From Chloroflexota bacterium (GTDB lineage: Bacteria > Chloroflexota > Limnocylindria > Limnocylindrales > CSP1-4): DNA of 33,017 bases. The notes under the pieces are model-generated. The model saw nothing but the letters and a program-made list of their open reading frames with translations, was not told where the DNA came from and ran no database searches. Shown piece after piece: positions 1 through 9,030 of this stretch. The translations under genes and the position numbers were made by a program. Position 1 is the stretch's first letter. Each line of letters begins with the position of its first letter. The stretch is taken from positions 41,040-74,056 of the forward strand of contig PMXR01000027.1 of NCBI GenBank assembly GCA_003171035.1, read 5' to 3'.

Positions 1-1
1 C

Positions 2-1390
2 TTCCTGCAGCTGTACAAGGAGGGCCGGGTCGAGGATGCGTTCCTGTCGGTGATCCTCGACAACCCGCTGCCGGCCTCGACCGGACGCGTCTGCCAGCAC
101 CCGTGCGACAACCGCTGCCGCCGCGCCGCCATCGATGAGCCCGTGAACATGCGCGACGTCCATCGCCGCATCGCTGATGAGGTGTTCCTCTCGCCCAAGT
201 TCGAGCCCATGGTCGCTCGCGTCCTGGAGCGCAAATTTGAGCCGACCGGGCATCAGGTCGCGATCGTCGGAGCAGGCCCAACGGGCCTCACCTGCGCCTA
301 CTACCTGGCGCTGCTCGGCCACGACGTGACCATCTACGATTCGCGGCCCGCCGCGGGCGGCATGTTGCGGTACGCGCTGCCTGAATACAGGCTCCCGAAG
401 GCCGTGCTCGACAAGGAGATCGAGCTCATCGAGCGCCTGGGCGTCAAGTTCGAGTTCAACGTCAACGTCGGTGAGGATATGAGCCTCAACGATCTGGGCC
501 AAAAGTACGACGCTGTGTTCATGGCGATCGGCACCTGGAAGGAGGCCTGGGTCTACCTGGCCGGAACCGAGCTAACGGGCGTGATCCCGGCGCTGCCGTT
601 CCTGGAAGCCGTGTCGCGCGATGAGAAGGTCCCGGTTGGAAAGAACGTCGTAGTGATCGGTGGCGGCAATGCCGCCGTCGACTCCGCACGCACCGCCCGC
701 CGGCTCGGAGCGGACGTGACGATCGTCTACCGCCGCGAGCGCAAGGACATGCCGGCCATCCCGGAGGAGATCGAGGCGGCCGAGCACGAAGGCGTGAAGT
801 TTGCCTATCTGGCGGCACCGCATCGAATCGTGGGCGACAAGGATGGTCGGGTCTGTGCCATCGAGGCAGTCCGGACCAAGCTCGGCGAGTTCGACACCTC
901 GGGCCGCCGCCGGCCGGTGCCGACGGACGAAGTGATCCGCATCAAGTGCGACAGCGTGGTTCTCGCCGTCGGCGAGAAGGTCGACCCCGACTTCTGCAAA
1001 GCCTCGGGGCTCGCAGTCAAGGAGAACGGCACGCTGGAGGTTGAGCGGTACTCGCTCGAGACCAGCCGCGAGCGCTTCTACGCCGGTGGCGACCTCATCA
1101 CCGGGGCCTCGAACGTGTCGAACGCCATGGGCATTGGCAAGAAGGCCGCACGAAACATCCACAGGCGATTGATGGATCTGACGAAGTTCCCGAACCTGCT
1201 GCCGGCCTTCACCTACGGGATGAAGCCGCCGGAGACGCCGAGCGAGTTCAGCCGGCACGTTCCCGGTGAGATGCCGGCCGCCGAGCGAGTCAAGTCATAC
1301 GCTGAGGTCTCGCTCGGACTTACGGCCGTCGCCGCGATGGAAGAGACGACCCGTTGCCTTCGCTGCGACATCCGCAGCGTCGAGAGATAG
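2..1390 (+). CDS. FAD/NAD(P)-dependent Fe-S oxidoreductase of the GltD/NfnB/SudA family, 5'-truncated by the window; probably the C-terminal part of the hydrogenase diaphorase (HoxF-like) subunit
   Basis: Frame is open from base 2 (FLQLYKEGRVEDAF...). Motifs: GRVCQHPCDNRC Fe-S, VAIVGAGPTG FAD-binding, VVVIGGGNAAVD plus YRR NAD(P)H-binding, GGD, and C-terminal RCLRCD. Lies directly upstream of hoxU. Confidence 0.85.
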   Translation, partial: FLQLYKEGRVEDAFLSVILDNPLPASTGRVCQHPCDNRCRRAAIDEPVNMRDVHRRIADEVFLSPKFEPMVARVLERKFEPTGHQVAIVGAGPTGLTCAYYLALLGHDVTIYDSRPAAGGMLRYALPEYRLPKAVLDKEIELIERLGVKFEFNVNVGEDMSLNDLGQKYDAVFMAIGTWKEAWVYLAGTELTGVIPALPFLEAVSRDEKVPVGKNVVVIGGGNAAVDSARTARRLGADVTIVYRRERKDMPAIPEEIEAAEHEGVKFAYLAAPHRIVGDKDGRVCAIEAVRTKLGEFDTSGRRRPVPTDEVIRIKCDSVVLAVGEKVDPDFCKASGLAVKENGTLEVERYSLETSRERFYAGGDLITGASNVSNAMGIGKKAARNIHRRLMDLTKFPNLLPAFTYGMKPPETPSEFSRHVPGEMPAAERVKSYAEVSLGLTAVAAMEETTRCLRCDIRSVER

Positions 1391-1401
1391 GGAGTATCGC
1401 C

Positions 1402-2109
1402 TTGACCGAGAAGGTGAAGGTCCGCATCGACGGCGAGGTGATTGCGGCCACCCCGGGCCAGACGATCCTCGAGGTCGCGCGGGCCAACGACAAGTACATC
1501 CCGGCCCTCTGCTACATGGAAGGGCTGAGCGCGGTCGGCGCTTGCCGGCTGTGCATGGTCGAGGTCGCCGGCGTCGCCCGCCTGCTGCCTGCCTGCACCA
1601 CACCGGTGCAAGAAGGTCTGGCGGTCAACACCAGCTCGCCGCAACTCCAGTCATATCGGAAGATCGCGCTCGAACTGTTGTTTGCCGAGCGCAACCATGT
1701 CTGCGCCGTCTGCGTCTCCTCCGGCCACTGCGAACTGCAGTCCCTGGCGCAGGAGCACGGCATCACCTACATCCGCTACCCGTACAACTTCCCAAAGCTC
1801 GCGGTGGACACTACGCACCCGCGCTTCGTGCTGGACCAAAACCGCTGCATCCTGTGCTCGCGTTGCGTGCGAACTTGCGACGAGATTGAGGGCGCGCACG
1901 TTTGGGACGTGTCCGGCCGCGGTATCCAATCCCGACTCGTCTCCGAACTGAAGCGGCCTTGGGGCGAAGCCACCACCTGCACGAGTTGCGGCAAGTGCGT
2001 GCAGGCCTGCCCGACCGGCGCGATGGCCGAGAAGGGTTGGGGGGTCGAGGAAATGACCAAACGGCCGGCCGTGGTAAGCCGCCTGACCTCGATGCGTGAG
2101 GGCCAGTGA
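1402..2109 (+). CDS. hoxU: Bidirectional [NiFe]-hydrogenase diaphorase small Fe-S subunit HoxU
   Basis: TTG start after GGAG (1391-1394). [2Fe-2S] motif ALC...GACRLC...PAC, NHVCAVCVSSGHCELQ, and two [4Fe-4S] motifs CILCSRCVRTC and CTSCGKCVQACP. Confidence 0.92.
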   Translation: MTEKVKVRIDGEVIAATPGQTILEVARANDKYIPALCYMEGLSAVGACRLCMVEVAGVARLLPACTTPVQEGLAVNTSSPQLQSYRKIALELLFAERNHVCAVCVSSGHCELQSLAQEHGITYIRYPYNFPKLAVDTTHPRFVLDQNRCILCSRCVRTCDEIEGAHVWDVSGRGIQSRLVSELKRPWGEATTCTSCGKCVQACPTGAMAEKGWGVEEMTKRPAVVSRLTSMREGQ

Positions 2110-2639
2110 TGGACAAGGTGAAGATCGGCACGTGCTGGCTCGACGGCTGCTCGGGCTGCCACATGTCGCTGCTAGATATGGACGAAGCCATCGTGGCAGT
2201 GCTCGGGAAGGCCGACATCGTGTTCGGCCCGCTGGTCGACGCTCAGGAATGGCCCGAAGGCGTCGACGTGGCTGTGATCGAGGGCGCGATCAGCAGCCAG
2301 GACGACCTGGAGCTGGCGCAAACAGCGCGAGCGCGCAGCAAGATCGTCGTGGCCCTGGGCGACTGCGCAGTGACCGGCAACGTGCCGTCGATGCGCAACG
2401 GCATCCCCACGGCCAAGCTGATCGAGCGCGTCTACGTCGAGGGCGCGACCGCCGATCCCCAGGTACCCACGGACGGCGTGCCGGCGTTACTCAAGCAGGC
2501 CGGGCCGCTGCAATCAGCGATCAAGGTCGACATCCACGTCCCCGGCTGCCCACCGAAGCCCGAAGGAATCCTGTTCGTGCTGGGCGAGCTGCTGGAAGGC
2601 CGCGTGCCGGACCTCGGCTCCAAGCTGCGGTTCGGGTAG
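2109..2639 (+). CDS. hoxY: [NiFe]-hydrogenase small subunit HoxY
   Basis: WLDGCSGCHMS, GDCA and PGCPP motifs; short single-cluster form of about 177 aa; TGATG overlap with the hoxU stop. Confidence 0.92.
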   Translation: MDKVKIGTCWLDGCSGCHMSLLDMDEAIVAVLGKADIVFGPLVDAQEWPEGVDVAVIEGAISSQDDLELAQTARARSKIVVALGDCAVTGNVPSMRNGIPTAKLIERVYVEGATADPQVPTDGVPALLKQAGPLQSAIKVDIHVPGCPPKPEGILFVLGELLEGRVPDLGSKLRFG

Positions 2640-2645
2640 GACGGC

Positions 2646-4172
2646 ATGGCTACGAAGAAGACGACGTCGGGTCAGGCGCCCGAAGCCGACGCGCCGAAGG
2701 CTCACTCGGCAGCCAACGCGTCCGCCGCGCTGCCGGCAGAGGCCAGGAGACCAGCCATGAACAAGGTCATGATCGAGCACGTGTCGCGGATCGAGGGTCA
2801 CGCCAAGATCACGATCACGCTCGACGACGCGGGCCAGGTCAGCGACGCGCAGTTCCACGTGACCCAGATCCGTGGCTTCGAGAAGTTCGTCGAGGGCCGG
2901 CCGTACTACGAGATGCCGTCGATCACGGCGCGTATCTGCGGCATCTGCCCGGTCAGCCACCTGCTGGCCTCGTCGAAGGCCTGCGACGCGATTATGGCTG
3001 TGCAAGTTCCGGAGGCGGCCCGAAAGCTGCGGGAACTGCTCCACATGGCGCAATTCGTGCAGTCGCACGCACTCTCCTTCTTCTATCTCTCGGCGCCGGA
3101 CCTTCTGCTCGGCATGGACTCCGATCCGGCCAAGCGCAACGTCGCGGGGCTGCTGGAGAAGCATCCGGACCTGCTGCGCGAAGGGATCGCGCTGCGCAAG
3201 TTCGGCCAGCAGGTCATCGAGCGGCTCGCCAAGGAGCGGATCCACCCCTCGTGGACCGTGCCCGGCGGCGTCAACGCCGAGTTCGACCCGGACCTGCGCG
3301 AGAAGACCCTCGCCGAGTTGCCTGCGGCCATGGCTATCGTGAAGCGCACGATCGCCCTCTGGAAGAAGACGCTCGACAGCTTTCCGGACGAGATCGAGTC
3401 CTTCTCGAACTTCCCGACGATGTATTGCGGACTCGTCGGTCCCGACGGCTCGCTGCGGCTTTACGACGGCAACCTGCGGTTCATTGGCGCCGACGGCAGC
3501 ATCGTCGCCGACCAGGTCAAGCCCGCCGACTACGCGACCTACATCGGTGAGGCGTCACTCTCCGATTCCTACCTCAAGGCGCCGTACTTCAAGCCCGTGG
3601 GCTACGACGAGGGCATCTACCGCGTCGGGCCGCTCGCGCGCCTCAACATCGCCGACCGCTGCGGCACGCCGGCCGCGGATGAAGAGCTGGCGGAGTATCG
3701 CCAGCGGCTCGGACGTATCGTCCAGAGCGGCTTCCACTACCACTACGCCCGGCTGATCGAGGTCGTGTACGCCCTCGAGCGGATGCAGGAACTCCTCGAC
3801 GACCCGGCCCTCCTCGGGACCAAGGTTCGCGCCCACGCTGACGTGAACAACCTCGAGGGCGTCGGCATCATCGAGGCTCCGCGCGGCACGCTGATCCATC
3901 ACTACAAGGTCAACGACGACGGCGCGATGACCTGGGCCAACCTGATCGTCGCCACCGGCCACAACAACCTGGCCATGGGCCGCGGCGTCCTGCAGGTGGC
4001 CAAGCGCTTCGTCGATGGCAACAAGATTCAGGAGGGGGCGCTCAACCGCGTCTCCGCCCTGATCCGTGCCTACGACCCGTGTCTCAGCTGTTCCACTCAC
4101 GCCGTGGGCGTTGTGCCGATGGTCCTCCAGCTGCGCGGGTCAAACGGCGAGTTGCTGGACGAGCTGGGCTAG
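2646..4172 (+). CDS. hoxH: [NiFe]-hydrogenase large subunit HoxH (group 3d-like); alternative start at 2757
   Basis: SRIEGH, L1 RICGICPVSH, EAPRG and L2 DPCLSCSTH, followed by a 23-aa cleavable C-terminal extension. AGGAGA precedes the ATG at 2757. Confidence 0.93.
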   Translation: MATKKTTSGQAPEADAPKAHSAANASAALPAEARRPAMNKVMIEHVSRIEGHAKITITLDDAGQVSDAQFHVTQIRGFEKFVEGRPYYEMPSITARICGICPVSHLLASSKACDAIMAVQVPEAARKLRELLHMAQFVQSHALSFFYLSAPDLLLGMDSDPAKRNVAGLLEKHPDLLREGIALRKFGQQVIERLAKERIHPSWTVPGGVNAEFDPDLREKTLAELPAAMAIVKRTIALWKKTLDSFPDEIESFSNFPTMYCGLVGPDGSLRLYDGNLRFIGADGSIVADQVKPADYATYIGEASLSDSYLKAPYFKPVGYDEGIYRVGPLARLNIADRCGTPAADEELAEYRQRLGRIVQSGFHYHYARLIEVVYALERMQELLDDPALLGTKVRAHADVNNLEGVGIIEAPRGTLIHHYKVNDDGAMTWANLIVATGHNNLAMGRGVLQVAKRFVDGNKIQEGALNRVSALIRAYDPCLSCSTHAVGVVPMVLQLRGSNGELLDELG

Positions 4173-4235
4173 CTGTAGTCCCCGGGCAGCGACGCGGCCG
4201 GCGGCCGGCGAGCTGAAGATCACGCGAAGGAGTCA

Positions 4236-4886
4236 TCAGCCGACCGGGCTACCCACGCCGCCGCTGCAGGGGGCGCCGGGCTCGCCGCCCTGGCCTCCGC
4301 CGGCGTAGTGGTGGATGAATGCAAGCAGCCGCGAGTCGGACGGATCGGAGATCTTGAGTTGCGCGCCCCAGGCGCTGGCCACGACTTGCGTGGGCAGGCC
4401 GCTGAAGGGGCTCAGAACGACGTACTTCTCGGTTCCGACGTAGTTCGACGAGACCAGCTGGCGCAGGGCCGTCACCTGGTCGGCCGGAAGCCCCGGGTCG
4501 TAGGTGATCCAGACGGCCCCGTGTTCGAGAGAGTGGACGGCGTTCTCATTCGGGACGGGCTGTGCATAGATGCCACAGTTCAGCGGGGTGGCATTGTGTG
4601 CACCGCCGGCTGGAGGCAAACGATCGTAGATGACCGTTCCCAAGACGTGGGAATGGTTGGTCTCGGCAAACGTCTCCGTGCCCGCGGGTGGCCCGCCCTT
4701 GCTCACGGTCCCGAACCCCGCAACCACGGCGACTGCCGTCACAGCCAGGCCCACTACCAGAACGGCAACGACACCGGCGATGACCCAGAGCCTGACGCGC
4801 CGCTCGGGCTCGGCAGGCCGATATTGGGCCTCCAACTGTGCCGCGAACTTCCGGTTCTTCTGGCCCCTTCGGCCCTGCTTTGCCAC
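4236..4886 (-). CDS. DUF3105-family membrane-anchored protein
   Basis: Basic N-terminus, one TM helix, PPAGGAH...CGIY...VHSLEHGAVWITY and ASAWG motifs, and C-terminal EPGAPC. Confidence 0.8.
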   Translation of the reverse strand: MAKQGRRGQKNRKFAAQLEAQYRPAEPERRVRLWVIAGVVAVLVVGLAVTAVAVVAGFGTVSKGGPPAGTETFAETNHSHVLGTVIYDRLPPAGGAHNATPLNCGIYAQPVPNENAVHSLEHGAVWITYDPGLPADQVTALRQLVSSNYVGTEKYVVLSPFSGLPTQVVASAWGAQLKISDPSDSRLLAFIHHYAGGGQGGEPGAPCSGGVGSPVG

Positions 4887-5001
4887 AGTGAGTTTCTCCG
4901 ACTGACTTCGATAGTTGCCTCATGAATCAGTCTATTGGAGGAATTCGTGAGCGCCGGCTCGTCCCGCCTGTTGCCCCACGCGATGTCACGGCGCGGGACG
5001 A

Positions 5002-5175
5002 TCAGGCCGCGCGCCAGGCATCGAAGTCGTCCAGTGCGGCCATTCCCGTCGCTCCGACGATGACACCGGCCAGATTCGCGACCAGCTCCGTTTCAGGGTC
5101 CCTGAGGCGCACTTGCGCCAGAGATGCGTCGCTGGGATCGACCGACGTATGTTCGCGCGCGCCAGGGAAGCGCAT
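5002..5175 (-). CDS. Possible 57-aa small protein or gene remnant (MRFPGAREHTSVDPSDASLAQVRLRDPETELVANLAGVIVGATGMAALDDFDAWRAA)
   Basis: Translated by hand (below the ORF-track cut-off). Protein-like C-terminus, followed by a 9-bp inverted repeat TCGTCCCGC/GCGGGACGA at 4959-5001. Confidence 0.3.
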   Translation of the reverse strand: MRFPGAREHTSVDPSDASLAQVRLRDPETELVANLAGVIVGATGMAALDDFDAWRAA

Positions 5176-5205
5176 ACTTTTTTAGTGGCTTGGTTGTTGG
5201 CCGCC

Positions 5206-6138
5206 ATGAAGGCAGCCGAGATGAAGATCTCGCCCGCGACAGCGTCGGGCTTGCCGCAAGAGCCGTCGCCGGGCGACGGGGTACCGGCGCGCGCCGAAAC
5301 GGTGCCGGCCGCGGCGACATCGGGCACCCTCGGCCAGGTTTGCTCATCCTGCGGGGCACTTCTCCCGGCCGGCGCCTACTGGTGCGGGGAGTGCGGCCAG
5401 TCTCTTATCGCCTTCACGGCCGCCCCGCCGGCCGGCGCTGCGGCGGCCGGTGCCGTGGCTCGCCTGCGAAAGGGCGCGACTCGGCGGTCGATCAGATTGT
5501 CGTATTCGGCCGTAGCCGGTATCGGCGCATCACTTGCCGCCAGCGTGCTGGTTCTCGCCACGATCAGCGGCAGTTTCGGCATGGCCGGCACCGGCGTCTC
5601 TCCCAGCGGCCCGTCCACTCCGGGGGTCGTCGCGGCAGCCCGCAATTCCCAGTCTGCGACCACGCCCGGCTCGACCTCCAACGGAGTCGCTTCCGCAAGC
5701 GCCCCCGTTTCCGTAAGTCCGCTCGCATCGGGCGCGCACGCGGCACCAACGCCGCCGCCAACCACCGCCCCGACATCCGTGGCAGCGACCAATGCCCCGA
5801 CCGCGGCAGCCCCGACGCCGCCAGCGTCGACCCCGGCCCCGGCCGGGCTCGCCCTCGACATCGCGAGTCTGCCGGCAGCCGTCGCGGCCACCACGACTGC
5901 GACCGTGGTCGCAACCACTTCCCCCGGCGCCATGTGCAAGATCAAGGTGAAGTACCACTCCGGTAAATCGTCGACGGCTCCGGGGCTCCTCAAGAAGAAG
6001 GTTGCCGACGCCACGGGCAGGGTTTCGTGGACCTGGACAGTGGAAGCCGGCACGCTGCCCGGGAATGCCACTGCGACGGTCACGTGCTCGTTGAAGGGCA
6101 AGTCCGCCACCAAGGACAAGGTCTTCGTAACCACCTGA
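5206..6138 (+). CDS. Zinc-ribbon / TM / Pro-Thr-Ala stalk / 2-Cys beta-rich C-terminal domain membrane protein
   Basis: CSSC...CGEC zinc ribbon, hydrophobic helix AVAGIGASLAASVLVLATI, low-complexity P/T/A/S linker, and C-terminal PGAMC...VSWTWTV...TVTC. Start uncertain (5206 or 5221). Confidence 0.72.
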   Translation: MKAAEMKISPATASGLPQEPSPGDGVPARAETVPAAATSGTLGQVCSSCGALLPAGAYWCGECGQSLIAFTAAPPAGAAAAGAVARLRKGATRRSIRLSYSAVAGIGASLAASVLVLATISGSFGMAGTGVSPSGPSTPGVVAAARNSQSATTPGSTSNGVASASAPVSVSPLASGAHAAPTPPPTTAPTSVAATNAPTAAAPTPPASTPAPAGLALDIASLPAAVAATTTATVVATTSPGAMCKIKVKYHSGKSSTAPGLLKKKVADATGRVSWTWTVEAGTLPGNATATVTCSLKGKSATKDKVFVTT

Positions 6139-6143
6139 CGGGC

Positions 6144-6314
6144 GAGTTTGGGCAATTGCCCGATCCGTTGACCCCGTTCAGCTCGGCCGGTTCCGTGGCG
6201 GTGCACATCCACGACGCGACCGCCACGCGGCTCCCCGACCGCCGGGTGCCGTACGCCGGTGGCCGCGGTTCCGGATACCAAATCTTCGCCACAGCCGAGC
6301 TTCATCAGCCTTAG
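6144..6314 (+). pseudogene. Degenerate 3' remnant of a Kelch-repeat gene (last blade only)
   Basis: FSSAGSVAVHIHDATATRLPDRRVPYAGG...FATAELHQP* aligns with the end of 7686..8873 (FTATGTMTASRQSATATRLSDGRVLITGG...SSAELYQP*). No start or upstream blades. Confidence 0.75.
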
Positions 6315-6349
6315 TCCCCACGGCCGTTGGGGCTAATCGGTCGCCGGTC

Positions 6350-7474
6350 TCATTCCTGAAACAAGTAAGCCTGGCTGGCATCGGAGCCATAGCCGCCACC
6401 GGTCAACAGAACGCGGCCGTCTCTCAGGAGGGTCATGGTCGAGAACTTGGTGTGGCAGGGCATAACGGGAGCCGCGCTGAAACCGTTGGAGTGAGGGTCG
6501 AATAGCTGCGGGTAGTTGCAGAATTCCGCGACGCAGCTTCCGTTGCCGATGAGGACCTTGCCGTCGCTAAGCAACACGGCGGGGCCACTAACGGCCTCGT
6601 TGGTCTTCGGGCCGGAAGAGCTGAAGGTGCCGGCGGCGGGATCGTATAACTCGACGTCACGCGCGCCGTCGTCTATCAAGACGCGCCCGTCATGGAGGGT
6701 CAGCACATTCAGGGATGCACCCGACTCCGTGTCGAGCTTGACGGGGGTAACGGTTCCAGAATTCGGATCGTAGAGGGCGGCGAGGTCGGTACCGTTGCCG
6801 CCGCCCGGATGGCCGGCGACCGTCAATACTCGTCCGTCCTGGAGCCTGGCAGCCGCGTTCTCTGCCCTGTTGGTCGGTATCGGCCCTACGGAGCTGAAAG
6901 CCCCTGTCTTCGGGTCGAACAGCTCAGCGACAGCGAACCATGGACTTGCAGATGCGTCTTGAGGGTTGCCTCCGCTGACGAGGACGCGGCCGTCCAGCAA
7001 CAGAATGGCGGCCTGCCCACTTCTCGGCCTTGCCATTCTTCCAGTAGGGCTGAACGTTCCCGTTGCCGGGTCGTAGAGCTCCGCCGAATCGAGGCTTTGT
7101 TCCGCGACTCCGGGCCAGCCTCCGGTGATGAGGACGCGGCCGTCGTTCAGGAGAGTGGCTGTGTGGCGGCTTCTGGGCGTGGTCATCGATCCGGTGATAC
7201 TGAACGTTCCCGTTGACGGGTCGTATAGCTCCGCGGAGGAGTCCGCTACGATAGGGTCGCGGCCGGTCGGGTCGTCGCCATTGCCACCGGCCACGAGCAC
7301 GCGTCCGTCCTTCAGGAGCGTCGCGGACTGACCTTCCCGGGCCACCAACATCGAGCCGGTCGATGTCAGGGAGCCCGTCGTCTTGACGGGTTGTGGCGCG
7401 CATGCGACACCGACGACGCCAGCTGCAACGAGCAGGGCCGCCAACCGCGCCGGCGCCAATCGGATACCCCTCAT
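6350..7474 (-). CDS. Kelch/galactose-oxidase-like beta-propeller lipoprotein
   Basis: Signal peptide with lipobox-like VGVAC; seven LxDG[RK]VL repeats with AELYDP motifs; ATG at 7474 preceded by AGGGGTGAG. Confidence 0.85.
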   Translation of the reverse strand: MRGIRLAPARLAALLVAAGVVGVACAPQPVKTTGSLTSTGSMLVAREGQSATLLKDGRVLVAGGNGDDPTGRDPIVADSSAELYDPSTGTFSITGSMTTPRSRHTATLLNDGRVLITGGWPGVAEQSLDSAELYDPATGTFSPTGRMARPRSGQAAILLLDGRVLVSGGNPQDASASPWFAVAELFDPKTGAFSSVGPIPTNRAENAAARLQDGRVLTVAGHPGGGNGTDLAALYDPNSGTVTPVKLDTESGASLNVLTLHDGRVLIDDGARDVELYDPAAGTFSSSGPKTNEAVSGPAVLLSDGKVLIGNGSCVAEFCNYPQLFDPHSNGFSAAPVMPCHTKFSTMTLLRDGRVLLTGGGYGSDASQAYLFQE

Positions 7475-7685
7475 CTCACCCCTGATCGATGGTGCGCTGC
7501 TCAACTTGAGCCCGATCCCTGGAGATGATTCGTGCGGATGCGTCCGCTGGATCTGCGCCGCCGCAGGATGATGACGCGCCCTCGCCTGACGGCGTCGGGA
7601 GGCTATTGCGCGTGTCCTCGGCGCCTATCGGGCTGCCCGGTCCATGCTAGGCTGCCCACCGCCGTGAGTGGGCCTAGACTTAGGC

Positions 7686-8873
7686 ATGATCGAGAACACG
7701 ACCGCACCGACGCCGGCGACTCGCGGGCTCCGGCGGCGCAGACGAACGCCCGCCTTCCTGGCTGGTCTCGCGACCGCGCTCGTTGTGATCATCGCTCTCG
7801 GTGTGGTTCTCGCGATCGGGCCGGGCAGGCAGTGCCGGCCTTCGGCAGGTCATTTCTGCGCCACTGGATCGATGACGACTGAGCGGAAGGGGCACACCGC
7901 AACGTTGCTGGCCGATGGTCGCGTACTCGTAGCCGGAGGCATCGGCTCCGCTGGAGTCCTTGCTTCGGCCGAGCTGTACGACCCCAGGACCGGCAGCTTC
8001 AGCCGGACCGGTTCCATGACTACGCCGCGGTCCGGCCAGACGGCCACGACGCTTCGCGATGGCCGAGTTCTCATAGCCGGCGGATATGACGGCAACGCCG
8101 GCGGCGACGCTCTCGCGACGGCGGAGATCTACGATCCCAAGACCGGCAGCTTCAGCTCGACCGGCTCGATGGCCACGGCCCGGCAGACGCACACGGCCAC
8201 TCCGCTGCCGGATGGCCGCGTTCTGGTAGTTGGCGGCGAGGTAAGTGTCGAGCCGCTCGCTTCGGCCGAATTGTTCGATCCCGCCACCGGCATATTCTCC
8301 GCGACGGGGTCCATGGCGGCCCGCCGCAGCCGCCACACGGCGACGGCGCTTGCGGATGGCCGAGTTCTCGTCGCGGGCGGGTCCGATGGAAGTTACGTCG
8401 CCTCGGCGGAGCTGTACGACCCAGCGACCGCCACATTCGTGGCGACGGGCTCGATGGCCCAGGCCCGCGGCGGCCAGACTGCGAGTTCGCTGTCAGATGG
8501 CCGCGTCCTGGTCGCCGGAGGCAACGTGATGTCGCACGAAGCGACGATCGCTTCGGCCGAGCTGTACGACCCGGCTACGGGCGCCTTCAGCTCGGCCGGC
8601 TCGATGACCGTTGCCCGTGACAGCCACACGTCTACGCTCCTGACGGACGGCCGAGTCCTCTTGGCGGGAGGCTACAACCGTTCAGGTTACGACCTGGACT
8701 CGGCCGAGCTGTATGACCCCAACACCGGCGTCTTCACCGCTACAGGCACGATGACCGCTTCGCGCCAGTCGGCAACGGCGACGCGCCTGTCCGACGGCCG
8801 CGTCCTGATCACCGGCGGATCCACAGGCAACGGCTCCGAACTCGTGTCGTCAGCTGAGCTCTATCAGCCGTAG
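7686..8873 (+). CDS. Kelch-repeat beta-propeller protein with N-terminal membrane anchor
   Basis: Arg-rich N-terminus and TM helix, then seven well-conserved repeats (M..aR..HTAT.L.DGRVLvaGG...saElYDP). Confidence 0.88.
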   Translation: MIENTTAPTPATRGLRRRRRTPAFLAGLATALVVIIALGVVLAIGPGRQCRPSAGHFCATGSMTTERKGHTATLLADGRVLVAGGIGSAGVLASAELYDPRTGSFSRTGSMTTPRSGQTATTLRDGRVLIAGGYDGNAGGDALATAEIYDPKTGSFSSTGSMATARQTHTATPLPDGRVLVVGGEVSVEPLASAELFDPATGIFSATGSMAARRSRHTATALADGRVLVAGGSDGSYVASAELYDPATATFVATGSMAQARGGQTASSLSDGRVLVAGGNVMSHEATIASAELYDPATGAFSSAGSMTVARDSHTSTLLTDGRVLLAGGYNRSGYDLDSAELYDPNTGVFTATGTMTASRQSATATRLSDGRVLITGGSTGNGSELVSSAELYQP

Positions 8874-9030
8874 CGGTCCCATGCGCACGCCGCGACTGGG
8901 GCGCGCCCGGCTAGTGAACGTCTTCTGAAACGCCGCGAGGACTTCCGGCGACCGCGGCCTCGAGACAGCCCGGGTATCATCCGAAGCGATTCGTCGGCGA
9001 CATCCGAGACGGGTCAAGCTTGGGGGAAAC

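Noticed and set aside
2096-3550. Long alternative-frame and antisense ORFs (e.g. 2096..3550 +, 10784..12163 -, 18552..19712 -, 27585..28631 -, 28692..29702 +)
   Set aside because: They are shadow ORFs of high-GC genes: they overlap motif-bearing CDSs and are Arg/Gly/Pro-rich with no family signature.
4070-4100. Possible [NiFeSe] hydrogenase
   Set aside because: The L2 motif DPCLSC uses Cys codons, with no in-frame TGA.
7850-8870. Regularly spaced DNA repeats that could mimic a CRISPR array
   Set aside because: They are in-frame Kelch coding repeats with synonymous variation; there are no unique spacers or cas genes.
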